Source: Cyanidioschyzon merolae | Taxonomy: Eukaryota | DNA: 64,000 bases | Assembly (NCBI GenBank): GCA_000091205.1 | Contig: AP006502.2 | Strand: one strand, 5' to 3' | Translations under genes and position numbers: made by a program | The notes under the pieces: generated by a model | Seen by the model: only the letters and a program-made list of their open reading frames with translations | Told to the model about the DNA's origin: nothing | The model's database searches: none | In this document: piece by piece, positions 11,839 to 22,897 of the stretch | Numbering within the stretch: the stretch's first letter is position 1 | How the letters are laid out: each line of letters starts with the position of its first letter

Positions 11839-13485
11839 ATGGCACCACATCGCCATAGCAAACGAGAAACGCTAAAGCACAAGTACAAAGTGCAGCGGAA
11901 AGTGGCGGAGCACAATCGACGAATGCGGCGCCTGGCTCGCAAGCAACGACAAGAAGGTATCATTAAAGGGCAGCGCAAGGCCCAGCGCGAGCTCGGTGTA
12001 CCGAACCTCTACCCCTACAAGAAGCAGTTGCTGGAGCAGGCAGCGCGACGACTGGCCCTGCGATCGACGGTGACGGCAGAAGCGGGCTCCTTGGGCGAGT
12101 CGCCCGTGTCCGCTCCTGCGTTATCCGGTGCGAATGCACTCGGGAAGACTCCGGTGTTCCGCGAAGTTGCGCGCTCGAGGCGATCTTTTGCTGCAGCGCT
12201 TCGTCGTGTCGTGGAGTTATCGGATGTCGTTGTCGAGGTGCTCGACGCCCGGAACCCGCTGGAGAGCCGATCTTCAGCGCTCGAGCTGCTGGTACGTCAC
12301 GAGGGTGCGCGAGCTGCTGGCGGGAAACGGCTGATATTGGTGCTCAGCAAAGCGGACCTGGTTCCACGTGAAGCTCTCCAGGCCTGGCTGTGTCGACTTC
12401 GGGCCGAGTACCCGACATTGGCGATGCATGAAGGCCTCGATCAGACTGGTCAGCACCGGGGCCCGCGGCAGCCAGGTAGCGCAGTACAACCAAAACAGCT
12501 CTCGCAGCTGGTGCAGCTGCTCAAGCTCTATGCGAAACGGCGTGCGGACAAGCAATCATCCAGCAGCACCATCACTGTAGGCATCGTCGGCAAACCGAAT
12601 GTGGGCAAGTCAAGTCTACTGAACGCCCTCTGCCGTGAACAAGGTGCTGTGGCGACTGGCGCCCGTCCGGGTATCACCAAAACACTGCAGGAGGTTCGGC
12701 TTGATAGCAACATCCGGTTGCTGGACTCGCCTGGTGTTGTGCTGGACGATGTGCAGGAAATCGATCCAGCACCCGTGGTGGAGGTGGAGCAGACGAAAGC
12801 CGCGGGCTCACCCGAGCCAGTTGCCAATGCGACATCTGGCTCTCGAGACGAAAGTCGAATGGCGCTCGCTGGATTTCTCGCTGTTGAGGAGCTCAGCGAT
12901 CCAGTGGCTGCGGCTCGCCTGGTACTCGAACGATGTCAGTATAACGCGGATGGAGCGCTCTCTCTACTCTACGAAATGCCTGCATTTTCGATGTGCGATA
13001 TGGTTGCTGCAAACGAAGCTACTCGAGAGGAATCTTTTGCCACGCAGTTCTTGGCACTGTTTGCAAAAAGGCGTGGGTTGTTACGCAAAGCGGGAGTTCT
13101 TGATCTCGAAGCAGCAGCTCGAGTCCTGGTGCAAGATTGGGCAACTGGCAGAATCCCATACTATACGTTGCCGAAGCACGTTGGACTGCCTTCGTCGCAG
13201 CAGCTTGGAGCCCAGATCGTTTCAAACTGGGATAACGCTTTTGATCTTGATGTCTGCGAGCCTTCACCGAGCGCAGAAGAAGTTGTGATGGATGAGAATC
13301 CTGCTACCGACGCTGCCCCGCTATCGGTCGCTGATGTAGACGATGAAGTGGTGTTCCATGTCTGGAAGCATAAAACTCGGAGAGAAAGGCAAACATTTGC
13401 TTTGCCGCTTTCTCCTGGTGCTGCGGTTGAGAACGTCGCAGCTGATGCGGATCTCGAAGACTTTGAATTTTCCACGACATCGTGA
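11839..13485 (+). CDS. Nucleolar GTP-binding protein of the GNL3/nucleostemin/Nug1 family (circularly permuted GTPase)
   Basis: The basic N-terminus MAPHRHSKRETLKHKYKVQRKVAEHNRRMRR matches the GN3L N-terminal domain. The G4/G5 motifs precede G1 (DVVVEVLDARNP...LVLSKADLV... then GIVGKPNVGKSSLLNAL...DSPGVV), which is the circularly permuted GTPase order. ATG start and stop both verified. Confidence 0.8.
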   Translation: MAPHRHSKRETLKHKYKVQRKVAEHNRRMRRLARKQRQEGIIKGQRKAQRELGVPNLYPYKKQLLEQAARRLALRSTVTAEAGSLGESPVSAPALSGANALGKTPVFREVARSRRSFAAALRRVVELSDVVVEVLDARNPLESRSSALELLVRHEGARAAGGKRLILVLSKADLVPREALQAWLCRLRAEYPTLAMHEGLDQTGQHRGPRQPGSAVQPKQLSQLVQLLKLYAKRRADKQSSSSTITVGIVGKPNVGKSSLLNALCREQGAVATGARPGITKTLQEVRLDSNIRLLDSPGVVLDDVQEIDPAPVVEVEQTKAAGSPEPVANATSGSRDESRMALAGFLAVEELSDPVAAARLVLERCQYNADGALSLLYEMPAFSMCDMVAANEATREESFATQFLALFAKRRGLLRKAGVLDLEAAARVLVQDWATGRIPYYTLPKHVGLPSSQQLGAQIVSNWDNAFDLDVCEPSPSAEEVVMDENPATDAAPLSVADVDDEVVFHVWKHKTRRERQTFALPLSPGAAVENVAADADLEDFEFSTTS

Positions 13486-16400
13486 ACCTCGGAGATGAAC
13501 AGGCCGGGCGCTCTTCACACACGAAGCCAGCTCTGTGCGGTGCAGGTCGCTCGCTTGTGAGTGTATCGCATATCTGCGGCACTTTATTTGTGTGTCTTGA
13601 GATCTGTGTGTCTATATGCTAGAGTATCAGCGGGTCGTCAGGCGCGTGTGTGGCTCCTCGAGCATGCGCTTCCCTGATCGCTCGACTCGGGGCCCTGCGG
13701 GCATTCAACATTCTCGACGCATCTGCGAGACGTGTGTCATGGATCCAACCGGCATTGCACCTAGCCGCTGGCAAGGCGCCTCTGAATCACTGGACATACG
13801 TAAGCATCGTGCTCGAGCTGTTGAGCTCTTTTCGAAGGGAATCTACCGACAACATGGCTTGCAAAGTCATCGGGGCGGGACCACACAACAGGGGCTTTGT
13901 TTGGACCCTCTTTTCAAAAACGCAACCAGAGACGGCACTTGGATGCATTCATTCAGCTTTCCGCACACGTAACAGGTTGCAGCTATGCACAAGCGCCTCG
14001 TACGCGACCGGTCATTAGCGAGATACCTGCGTAGAATCGCGGTCTTCGTAGAGAGCATGCGTTCCGTGCGACGCTCCAAAATGACAGCGTATTCTGTCCA
14101 CGATTCTGCCTGCTCGTCATTTGGCTACAGACCGTCGGCTTTGTGAGCGCAAGCTGAAAGCGTTCACGCAATGCGCATGATGCATCATCAATACAACCAG
14201 CCAAGCAAGACGGGATTCCTGACCATGGACTAGATTTCGCGTCAGGGGAGTCTGTCGAAGAAGCAATGCGTGCGAGGAGGACGTGAGCCAATCACGATCA
14301 TCCTCCATCCGCCCGGTCTTTCTCTGGGGTATTGAGTGAATGCTCAATCATTCGGAATAGAAGCCATGACGAAAAGCACCAAGAGACAAACGTGGGGTCA
14401 CTGCAGCGGCGTGCATACCAGCCCAAGCGCTTGCTGGGGCAACCAGTGCTTGCTGAGCGAACGCTGCGTAACGCTCTTAGCGACAGCAGTTTTAGACTCG
14501 CGATCGGCAGTGGCACACTCGGCAGGTCTTTTGGGCGAAGGATCAGGACGCATCCGGGATGCACTACTGCACACCTGCGGTACCAGAGAGGAACGAGGTT
14601 CCCGGACAGACCGTATTCCCGCTAGTGGAGGGTGCCGTACCCGCGCCTCGGCAATGCCTAACGAGGTTGCTGTTCAGGACTTGAATCTCTAGAATGCTTC
14701 CTACAGATGACGAGACTTTGGACTCAGAGCAGCGCACTTGCAAGAACATGTATCAACACGGTAAACGTGTAATTGTTTGTTTTTCGCACAGGTATTCAAA
14801 ACGTGGATTGTATATTATAGAGCGATGAAAGGTCGCGAGATGACTTTATGCTGGCTGGCTGGCTGGCTTCGGAGCAAAACGCCTTTACTTGTCCAGACCA
14901 GACATTGTGCGGACAGCAGACGTATGAGGTACCCCTCTCGTAGTGCGTTCCTTGAACGACTTGCACCGACCACAGCAAGTTTCAAAAGCTATCTACATGA
15001 GCGTCCCGTCTTTCATGTATTCCAGCCCGGATGATATCCATGACGTACCTCCAAAGAAGCCGCTGGATGAGAGGTTTTCGAACGGTTGATACAAATTGCG
15101 GTGAAGCGACACGAGTGAACGAAGAAGATGGCAGGCTACTACTTGTAGCTGCAGCACCTTGAACAGCGCACGATCGATTTCGCACTGCAACGCGAAAGTT
15201 TATTCCACCAGGGGCATATTGCCGTCTCAATGTATGAGACTTTATTCAGTAGACTTGGTAGATTTGTGTATGGATAATTCAAAACGGGGGCAAACTGCTG
15301 TTCATAGAAAAAAAGCAGCGGGGCTGTCGGTACTATTAGCCCTGGCTACGACTCGGTTATGTAGTTACTTATACATCGCCAAGAATTGTCTAATCGTTCA
15401 ACATCGCATGCTGCGGGGAATCACGTTTTGCGACCTATTCGTTTCACGTTCTTCTTCACTGGCCTTAGACGTTGCCGCTTTCCATCACTATAATGTGGTC
15501 ACGGAGTATGCAGATGAGATCGGCAATGAGCAGTGCTACGTGTGAGCGATGGCTCCCGGTTCCAATCGAGTAGGGGGTATGTCTGTCGGTCTCTGTGCTA
15601 CGCCCGATCCAGCGGTTTGGGCGCTGTTTCGAACGCTCACGGCAGTCGCAGTGCACAATGGAACGTCGGAAAAGCAGAATGTCGGAGATGAGGCACGCGA
15701 TGTGACTGGTGGAAATCGCAGAGCTGGTACGCAATGACGGCAGATTTCCCGGGTGTCGGTACTCGTCGTGAATTCCCGGATCATTGAGCCGTGAGCACAT
15801 TCCATCGATCAGAACGAATTTGCGGTGGGTTGCTCGACACTTGCTGGCCTGGCGCCGGATAGAAACACAATTCAAACCAGTTTCTCATTCCAGCGTCTGT
15901 GCAGAATGGACTGCAAGAAACGGGAATAAACGTGTATCCGTAGTCGGGAAGACTGCGGCGCATAGTTTGTTTACGATCAATAAAACGAACGAAATTCCTG
16001 TTGAGTAGGGTGATGCATACCTCGCCCGCACAAGCGTAAGATACTACAATGGCTACGCTTTTGATACAGGCGTCGAGGGGTATCGTGCCAGGCCCCTGCA
16101 TCCCCTTGTCTGTCGGGGCGGTACTGCGATGGGCAGTAGCGTCGGCACCAGCGACAGAACCTATAGCAAGAGTTCATTCTACGTGAGTTTCCGATGTACA
16201 ATACGTTGTTTTGGCTGCAGTGCACCGGTGAGAGCACGCATGTGCCAATGCGGGGTGTCGGACACGTGTCCTTTATCGATCGGTGCAGCGTCTCGCGCGG
16301 TGCACGCATCGCGCTCAGTGCGCGCACCTAGGAGATCAGGCAGGCGTGAGACACGACGCGCATGCCGCCGTTGAAGGGAAACGTAATCGTGATCAGCAGC

Positions 16401-16511
16401 GTCTAGCTCTCGTGTTAAAGTTGTATTTTCGTTGACTTTATGGGCAAGTATAGTTTTCAGTTCAATTGTGTTTGAAAACTCAAACAAGTGTATTCTAGTG
16501 TTTTGTCGCAG

Positions 16512-16519
16512 TATATAAG
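16512..16519 (+). promoter_or_regulatory. TATA box (tatataag) about 50 bp upstream of the element ATG
   Basis: gcagTATATAAGaggagcg is conserved in copy D (41455-41462) and degenerate in copies A and B. Confidence 0.4.
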
Positions 16520-16570
16520 AGGAGCGTTCAAAGAGGGTTCTTTTTCAAAAAAAACTAAACAAGGAAAGTT

Positions 16571-18911
16571 ATGAAAAAGCAAGTCGACGATCCTGGAGGC
16601 CCAGTGTCGCCGGCTGCCAGAAAGAAAACAAAACACAGTGCCGAGTCCAGAAGAAGAGGAGAAGAAAAAGAAGCAAAAGGAGGAGGCTCTACGTCGAGTG
16701 CTGCAAGAAAGACGAATGTACGACGAGAAGGTGGTGAAAGCTGGTCTTCTTGGATATATCAAGGATCCGTACAGGGAAAATTTGCGAGACGCTATCAGAA
16801 AACGTGTCGACTCGTACTCCAAGAGTACTGTCAAGGCGTCGTCAGGACTGATGCACTCGGCGAGGGAGATGTATCGCGACGTGACGCACATGCAAACAGT
16901 CGAGGTCCCAGACGAGTTGTTCGACACGACCTTTATTCGATACTTGATGCTCGGTACAGGGGAGATGCGAAGGGAAAATGAGCGAGTGCACGCCCTCTGC
17001 CAAAAATACTCCTTCTACAGCTTCGAGGGCACTCGATACAGGGTTGACTCGTGTATTTACGAATACGGAGCGATAAAGTACCCCACGAACCTGAATAAAC
17101 ATTTGACCGTGAACCTCGAACGTTTCATGATACGCGCCGTGTTTGCACTCTACCCGGGCATCTCTCGCAAAGCGATATGGATCATCATCGATAGCATCAA
17201 AAACGATAGTAAGAATGAACAGGTGATCGAATTTGTTCACGAGAAGACATTATGCAGGAAAACGAATGAAGCTTCTGTAATCCGTGCGGCTATACAAGAG
17301 CACCGTGCAGCACTGGGGCTTGCGAGTCCAGCAGAAAAGATATCAGAGTTGAAAAAAGATAAGAAAAGATACCATCGCCTCGTCCTGCGCTATTTCGTGT
17401 TTTTGGACCGAGAGCTCGAACGCAAGGCGGAAATGAAGCTGAGTGAAGAGACAAATGAATATTGGGAGAGACGGAAGCCTGTCCTAATAGGGCAGCGCTT
17501 CAACGTGGCTCCAATGTCCAATATCAAGTCACATTTCCTGACGATCGATTCCGGCGTCGTTCATGGCATCATGAGGGAGATCAGTCCCGAGTTCAATGTT
17601 AACAGGGAGGAGTTCTCCGGCGAAAACCGGGAGACGCACTGGAAGAATATCTTCGATTCCAAACGTCTGAGAGTGAGCAAGCAAAAGTTGTTCACTGAAA
17701 TGATTGAAACCGATGGAGTGGCCTTGTGTATACACTATCGGCGGTTGAAGAGAGATCGGCCAGTCCCTCCCTCGGCCGCGCCCGTGACGAAGGATGAAGA
17801 AAAGGAGGAGGCCGGTCCTGCGACACAGGAGGTAGACGATAACGACCTTGTCGTTGGCGCGGCGGAGCATGAAGATGAGAAGGAGGCGGATCCTGTGATG
17901 CAGGAGGTGGAGGATAACGGCCTTATCGTTGGCGCGGTGAAGCTTGATGAAAACAAAAAGGCAGATCCTGCCACGCAGAGAGTGCAAGATAATGACTTTG
18001 TCGTTGGCGCGGACCCTGGGAATACGAATATCATCACCATTGCAGCACCCAAGCGTGCGGAAGATGGTGCTGATGGTAACTTGCGTCAGAAAAACATGCG
18101 TCTTTTGAGGTTCTCGAGAGCGAGATACTATCGAGAATCGGGAATGATGAATGCAAGGAAGAAAATCGAGACATGGAATGCAGGAATGAAGGAGCACCTG
18201 GACGCTATGAGCGAGGTGACGAGCCGAGGAGCGGACTTTGAAGCTTTTCGGGAATTCATGGAACTTCGTGTTGCGCATTGGGATGCACTGTGGGAGCAGT
18301 ATACCAAGCCTCGGTTGGCTCGTCTGCTTATGAATCTATACGGGTAGAGGCAGCGGGCATTTGCGAACTTTTTCAATCAGTTGAGCGCCCTCAAAGAGGA
18401 TCAAAGTCAGAGGCTGGTAGTAGCATACGGGGCAGGGCGCTGGGCGCCCAAGAAAGGCACTACGCCAGCTCCATCGACGAGAACGTACAAGGAGTGTGCG
18501 CGGCGTTTTGTTAAAATTCCTGCAGATGAGTTTCGAACATCGTATACACATCATGAACTGGGATGTACACTTCAGACGGTGGAGATAGAAAAGTGCCAAC
18601 GGAGTCCTGAGGAAATAGCAAAGTACGGACCGCTGACGGAAGAGCAAATGGAAAGAAGGGCGAAAGTGCGAGGGCTACTCGCATTAGTAAGTACAACCAG
18701 TGATGGAAAGAAACGGATGGAGTCTGTGAATCGAGATTGTAACGCCGCTATCGATATAAGGAAATGTGCGGTGCTAGAGAAAAGACCTCCAGAATGGACA
18801 AGAGAGAACTTTATTGGACAACCTCTCAAAGTCGAACTATATGAGAAGAAGTTGGAAGCAGTAGTGGGTGGCCGGTCGCAAAAGTCTGGGAGGCGTCTAC
18901 ACCTCGGATGA
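16571..18911 (+). pseudogene. Fanzor/TnpB-like RuvC nuclease gene (copy C), nearly intact: one 2-bp poly-A frameshift and one in-frame TAG
   Basis: MKKQVDDPGGPVSPAARKK at 16571 shifts frame in the run aaagaaaacaaaac, where copy D has two more A. From 16638 to 18911 there is a single reading frame apart from the TAG at 18345-18347 (NLYG*RQRAF). RuvC-I is [19 protein letters not shown]. After it comes IPADEFRTSYTHHELGCTLQ...EKC, an E..TS motif plus a Cys/His cluster. RuvC-III is RMESVNRDCNAAIDIRKC. The N-terminus is Lys-rich and looks like a nuclear localisation signal. Confidence 0.6.
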
Positions 18912-18920
18912 AAGCGTTAT

Positions 18921-18985
18921 GTCTAGGGCGGGTTTCTCGCCACTAGTGTGCACGGTCGGCATCGTTCGACTGCGTTTAGGTTCTC
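18921..18985 (+). ncRNA. Candidate omega-RNA-like scaffold, or other conserved 3' end structure, of copy C
   Basis: The 3' tail begins right after the ORF stop and is conserved in all four copies (gtctagggcg-gg...cgcc-ac.a.tgt.cacc/ggt.ggc..cgtt.g). A GC hairpin, GGCG-ggtttct-CGCC, is present here; copy D has a lengthened stem, GGCGCG-ggtca-CGCGCC. Confidence 0.3.
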
Positions 18986-19216
18986 TCTTTTGCAAATGAA
19001 ACACATCCTCCATCAGACTTGCGAAAACGACGCAGCGCTCCTTGTCGTGCGAAGGCGTTTCCGCGCTCGTGCCTGCAACGCTGTACATACCCGTGTGTCT
19101 ACAGAGGCCGGCGCCATGCAACCGCCCTGGCGAGCAGCTGTTTATCCGGAGATGCTTATAGCATCTTGAACTCGGAGTCGAGCTTCGTTTTCCGTTGTGC
19201 GCAGATGGTGGCGTGG

Positions 19217-21364
19217 TCACACGATGCAAGCTGCCGCCGCCGCCGCTGCTGCAGTCGTCGAGGTGCTCGGTCCCGAAGAATGCCCAGTCTGACCCGCATT
19301 CCAGGTCGCAGCGCTCGCTGGATCCACAAAGCGAGTTTCGAACGCTTCTCGCTCTGCCTCGTAGTCGATGAGCACTGTTTGCCCCTCCTTGCCAGGTAAA
19401 TCAAACTGACAATCAAGGAGCACCCGTTCCAAGATACCCCGAAGACCTCGTGCACCAACGCCTTTGTGAACAGCCTCGCGTGCCACTGCCCGCAGCGCTT
19501 GATCCGTAATGTGCATATCGACGCCACTCATGCGAAACATCTCTCGAAACTGACGCACGAGTGCATTGCGCGGCTCGGTGAGCACCTGGACCAACTGCGG
19601 TTCAGTGAGCGCCCGGAGATTGACAACGATCGGGAGACGTCCCACAAACTCGGGTACCAGTCCGTATCGAATGAGGTCCGTTGACTCGACATGATCCAGC
19701 AGTGCATCGTCGACAGCGTCGGAAGCAGCCACATGCGCACCGAAACCAATCGAAGTCGCTGCTAGTCGATGACCAACGATGCGCTCCAGGCCGGAAAACG
19801 CACCGCCACAGATGAAGAGGATGTTGCGCGTGTCCATGGGAATGTACTCGGCACGAGGATTCTTCCGACCGCCTTTCTCCGGTACATTGACGATCGAGCC
19901 TTCCAACATTTTCAGTAGGGCCTGCTGGACGCCCTCGCCGGATACATCGCGAGTGATGCTGGGGCTCTCTGACTTGCGCGAGATCTTGTCGATCTCGTCG
20001 ATATAGACAATGCCCCGTTGGGCCAGATTCAAGTCGAAATCCGCTGCTTGGAGCAAACGGTGCAGAATGGATTCAACGTCCTCGCCAACGTAGCCGGCTT
20101 GGGTCAGGGTGGTTGCGTCCACCATAACAAAAGGGACCCGGCACTTGCGCGCCAGGGATTTCGCCAGCAGCGTCTTTCCGGAGCCGGTCGGCCCCAGCAA
20201 CAGAATATTCGACTTTTCGAATTCGACGCAGTGATCGAGGAGGCTGTTGAGTGTCAACGATGCAGCCGATGAGGCATCACCCATTCGGTACGGAAGCGAA
20301 CCAGGCATACAACCGGCGTTGCCAGTCCCGTAGGAGGCCGCACCGGGCGTCGAACTGCGCAGTTCCAGAATCGGCCCAGGGCGGCTCTTGACCGACTCCC
20401 GTGACGTCGCATGTGCGTCATCTGCACCAGTCGACTCATGGATGTATGGGGCACGTGTTTTCGTGCTCGCAGTCAAGTCGAGGTCACTGCTTCGAAACGC
20501 TGCTTCCGTTAGGTCGTCAAGCACAATCGGGCGGCGAGACATGTTCGACTCCGCCGGGGATGCCTCTGCATCACTGTCGAGCGGCATGCGGCGAGGACGA
20601 ACGTTTCCCGATGACCACGAGGATGACGGGTTTGCGTTACTGCTGTCGATGGAGTGGATTGCTGGAGGAACGCGTGTACCAGCACCCGATGTGCGTCGTG
20701 ACCCATGCATATCCGACATCATCATCAGCAGAATGCGCCCTGCGGAGGACTGGAGCGACGGTTTCCCTGAAATCGTTTGGGATGTGTTGCCGCTGGTGCT
20801 CGTGCTACTGCTCGTGCTACTGTTGCTACCACTGGTACTGTTATTGCTCAAACTCTCTTCGAAACCGGGCCAACCAAAGCGGGTGCTGGTGGTATTCTCG
20901 TTTTCGCTGGTGCCACCCATGCCCACGGTTGAAGCAGCGGAGGCAGCCCGCACGCGCTCCATCAGTTCACTCGCGAGCACCTTCTTATAGTGATTATGGG
21001 TGGCGACTGCCAAGACGCGTTTCGCCTTTTCCTGTCCTATGCAGTACTCGTTCAGGTGGTCGAAAAGCGCACGCGGCGTCGGGAGCGCCGCAACCCGCTG
21101 TCTCAGGAGCCGCGTATAGGTCGCCATTAGGTGACCGTCCCGCACTGCAGAACCGTAACGAAACTCGTCGGCGTCCTCCCAGCTTCCTGAACGAGTACCG
21201 CTTGTGCTCAAGCACTGGACACCGCCCTGGCGCCGACACCGGTGAATGGTACCGACTGCGGCCAAACGAGGCTCCACTGACTTTTGTCCCAGAGAGCACC
21301 AGGCTTTCCAGTCTACCAGATAACTCCGTTGGGAAAGCACCGCATCGACCCGAACCAACGACAT
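19217..21364 (-). CDS. clpX: ATP-dependent Clp protease ATP-binding subunit ClpX (organellar type)
   Basis: Walker [46 protein letters not shown]. Walker B and sensor region [17 protein letters not shown]-terminal part ...[15 protein letters not shown].... There is a long Ser/Thr/Asn-rich insertion and an N-terminal extension. The track start is GTG; the first ATG is at 21364. Confidence 0.85.
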   Translation of the reverse strand: MSLVRVDAVLSQRSYLVDWKAWCSLGQKSVEPRLAAVGTIHRCRRQGGVQCLSTSGTRSGSWEDADEFRYGSAVRDGHLMATYTRLLRQRVAALPTPRALFDHLNEYCIGQEKAKRVLAVATHNHYKKVLASELMERVRAASAASTVGMGGTSENENTTSTRFGWPGFEESLSNNSTSGSNSSTSSSTSTSGNTSQTISGKPSLQSSAGRILLMMMSDMHGSRRTSGAGTRVPPAIHSIDSSNANPSSSWSSGNVRPRRMPLDSDAEASPAESNMSRRPIVLDDLTEAAFRSSDLDLTASTKTRAPYIHESTGADDAHATSRESVKSRPGPILELRSSTPGAASYGTGNAGCMPGSLPYRMGDASSAASLTLNSLLDHCVEFEKSNILLLGPTGSGKTLLAKSLARKCRVPFVMVDATTLTQAGYVGEDVESILHRLLQAADFDLNLAQRGIVYIDEIDKISRKSESPSITRDVSGEGVQQALLKMLEGSIVNVPEKGGRKNPRAEYIPMDTRNILFICGGAFSGLERIVGHRLAATSIGFGAHVAASDAVDDALLDHVESTDLIRYGLVPEFVGRLPIVVNLRALTEPQLVQVLTEPRNALVRQFREMFRMSGVDMHITDQALRAVAREAVHKGVGARGLRGILERVLLDCQFDLPGKEGQTVLIDYEAEREAFETRFVDPASAATWNAGQTGHSSGPSTSTTAAAAAAAACIV

Positions 21365-21540
21365 TTCCTCTGACAAGTGCAAGCACACACAGACACAGCC
21401 ACAAAAGCTCGCGCTGACCTGGCGCTGCTGAAAAGCCGTTTACTCAGGAAACGTTGTGCAGGCGCGCCGCGGGATCGTTGCCGCTCAACGGGCTCGAGGT
21501 GCACTGCCGGCGGACGCGTGGCGGCGTTCTCCGCACGAGA

Positions 21541-21575
21541 TGATGATGATAACGATGATAATGATGATGATGATC
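21541..21575. repeat. Imperfect (GAT)n microsatellite
   Basis: Reads tgatgatgataacgatgataatgatgatgatgat. Confidence 0.7.
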
Positions 21576-22897
21576 ACGGGGTACGGCTGCGGCATCCTCC
21601 GCATCTGGGGCAGCGTAGGGCGCGCGGTGAGCGGCCTGCGCGCGATCCGCCCATCGATGATGCTGGTGCCCCAGCGCTGTCTGTGTGCTGTTTCCGACCT
21701 ATGGATCGCAATGGAGAAACTGAAACTCATGAGACATGAATGTATATTACAGTCATGCGTGCGCAAGCTCGGCGCTGACCAGCGACGCTGCCGGTGCTGC
21801 GCAGCGTCCCCTGGAGCGCGCGAAAGACGCTCTGTCTTCGAGTTACATCGGCATGAACAGTGTAGGTGGTATTGTGGATGCAGTGCGGCAGGTGCTCGGT
21901 GCACAGTGGAACGCATGAAACGACCAGTAGATTCGCGGGGCAGTATTGGTCATGGAACGTGAAGGTGGAGTGCAGCATGCAGGGCGCTTTCCCGGATGCA
22001 GGTATTCATTACGCAAGCCGGGACCCGTGGTCCACGGAAACCTTTTGTTTAACGAGAGAAATTGACGGTGCAAACCAGCACGCGATCCTCGTCTGCTTTG
22101 CCTCGCAAAATGGGAGTAACGACATGCGGGTATATCAACAACACGTCGCTATCTTGCTGCTACGTTCCGGATATTCATTCGTTTGCTTAACTTACCACCA
22201 TTCGATCATCGAAATTCGCTTGAACAACAACACGTCGCTATCTTGCTGCCACGTGTTTCCCGCTTCGCATATTACAACGCACCGTATGGCAGGCGACGAC
22301 GCTGTGCCGCTTATGCAGTCAGTACCGCAAGGATGCCCAGACCTGCGGCAGGCACACAACGCGCATGACGCGCTAAACTTGCAACTAGAGCATCTTCCAG
22401 CGGCTAATGAATGCCCCAAAGAACAGGTCCAGGGAACTCGTGGCGGCCGCGGTTGCATGTGCACATGCTGTAGTAGCGCGGAGGATTGCGGTGCGCTCGG
22501 TGCTGGTTGCCTGCGCACCCTGCCACCAGTGCAGCCACCACAACTTGTCCATGGCATCTGTGCGAGAACACGTAGCACGCGGCCGCCTTGCCTATGTGAA
22601 ACCGTTCATTGTTTACGGCCAAAGTTTCGAAGAAAGATGGTGAACCGAGACTCGCTGAAGCACATCGTTTCTTTCTCCAGACCAGTACGGAGACGATGTC
22701 GCGACGTTCATGAGCTGAACAACTCCAGCAGTACCCAGGATGCTCCGTGGCACCCTTGGAAACGCGGGCCATTGCCGCTGACGTTGCGAAGACGCCAGGG
22801 TCCGCATCCGCACGCCAGCGAGCAGCGAACTCTAGACGTGCTATTTTCAAGCAGGCGCTGGCTACAAGAGACCGCATCCCGGTACGGGCGCTTCGCT

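Larger units (their letters stand above)
15866..18985 (+). mobile_element. Fanzor/TnpB-like element, copy C, the most intact copy
   Basis: Near-identical to copy D from 15866 (D: 40809), and to copies A and B from about 16040. Contains a TATA box, a 5' leader, a 758-codon reading frame and the conserved 3' tail. Confidence 0.65.

Noticed and set aside
15781-16374. Identical small ORFs on both strands inside the C and D leaders (for example 15977-16327 minus and 40920-41270 minus)
   Set aside because: Their identity between copies only reflects the more than 95% nucleotide identity of the duplicated leaders. They are not conserved in A or B and have no coding signature.
16638-16640. ORF-track start codons such as 16638, 21388, 31016, 38859, 50433 and 53729
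   Set aside because: These are GTG or TTG (bacterial-style alternative starts). For a eukaryotic nuclear gene I moved the start to the first in-frame ATG, or flagged a frameshift where one is needed.
22136-22242. Two copies of caacaacacgtcgctatcttgctgc about 77 bp apart
   Set aside because: An isolated 25-bp direct repeat with no flanking structure. It is probably a small local duplication without an obvious function.
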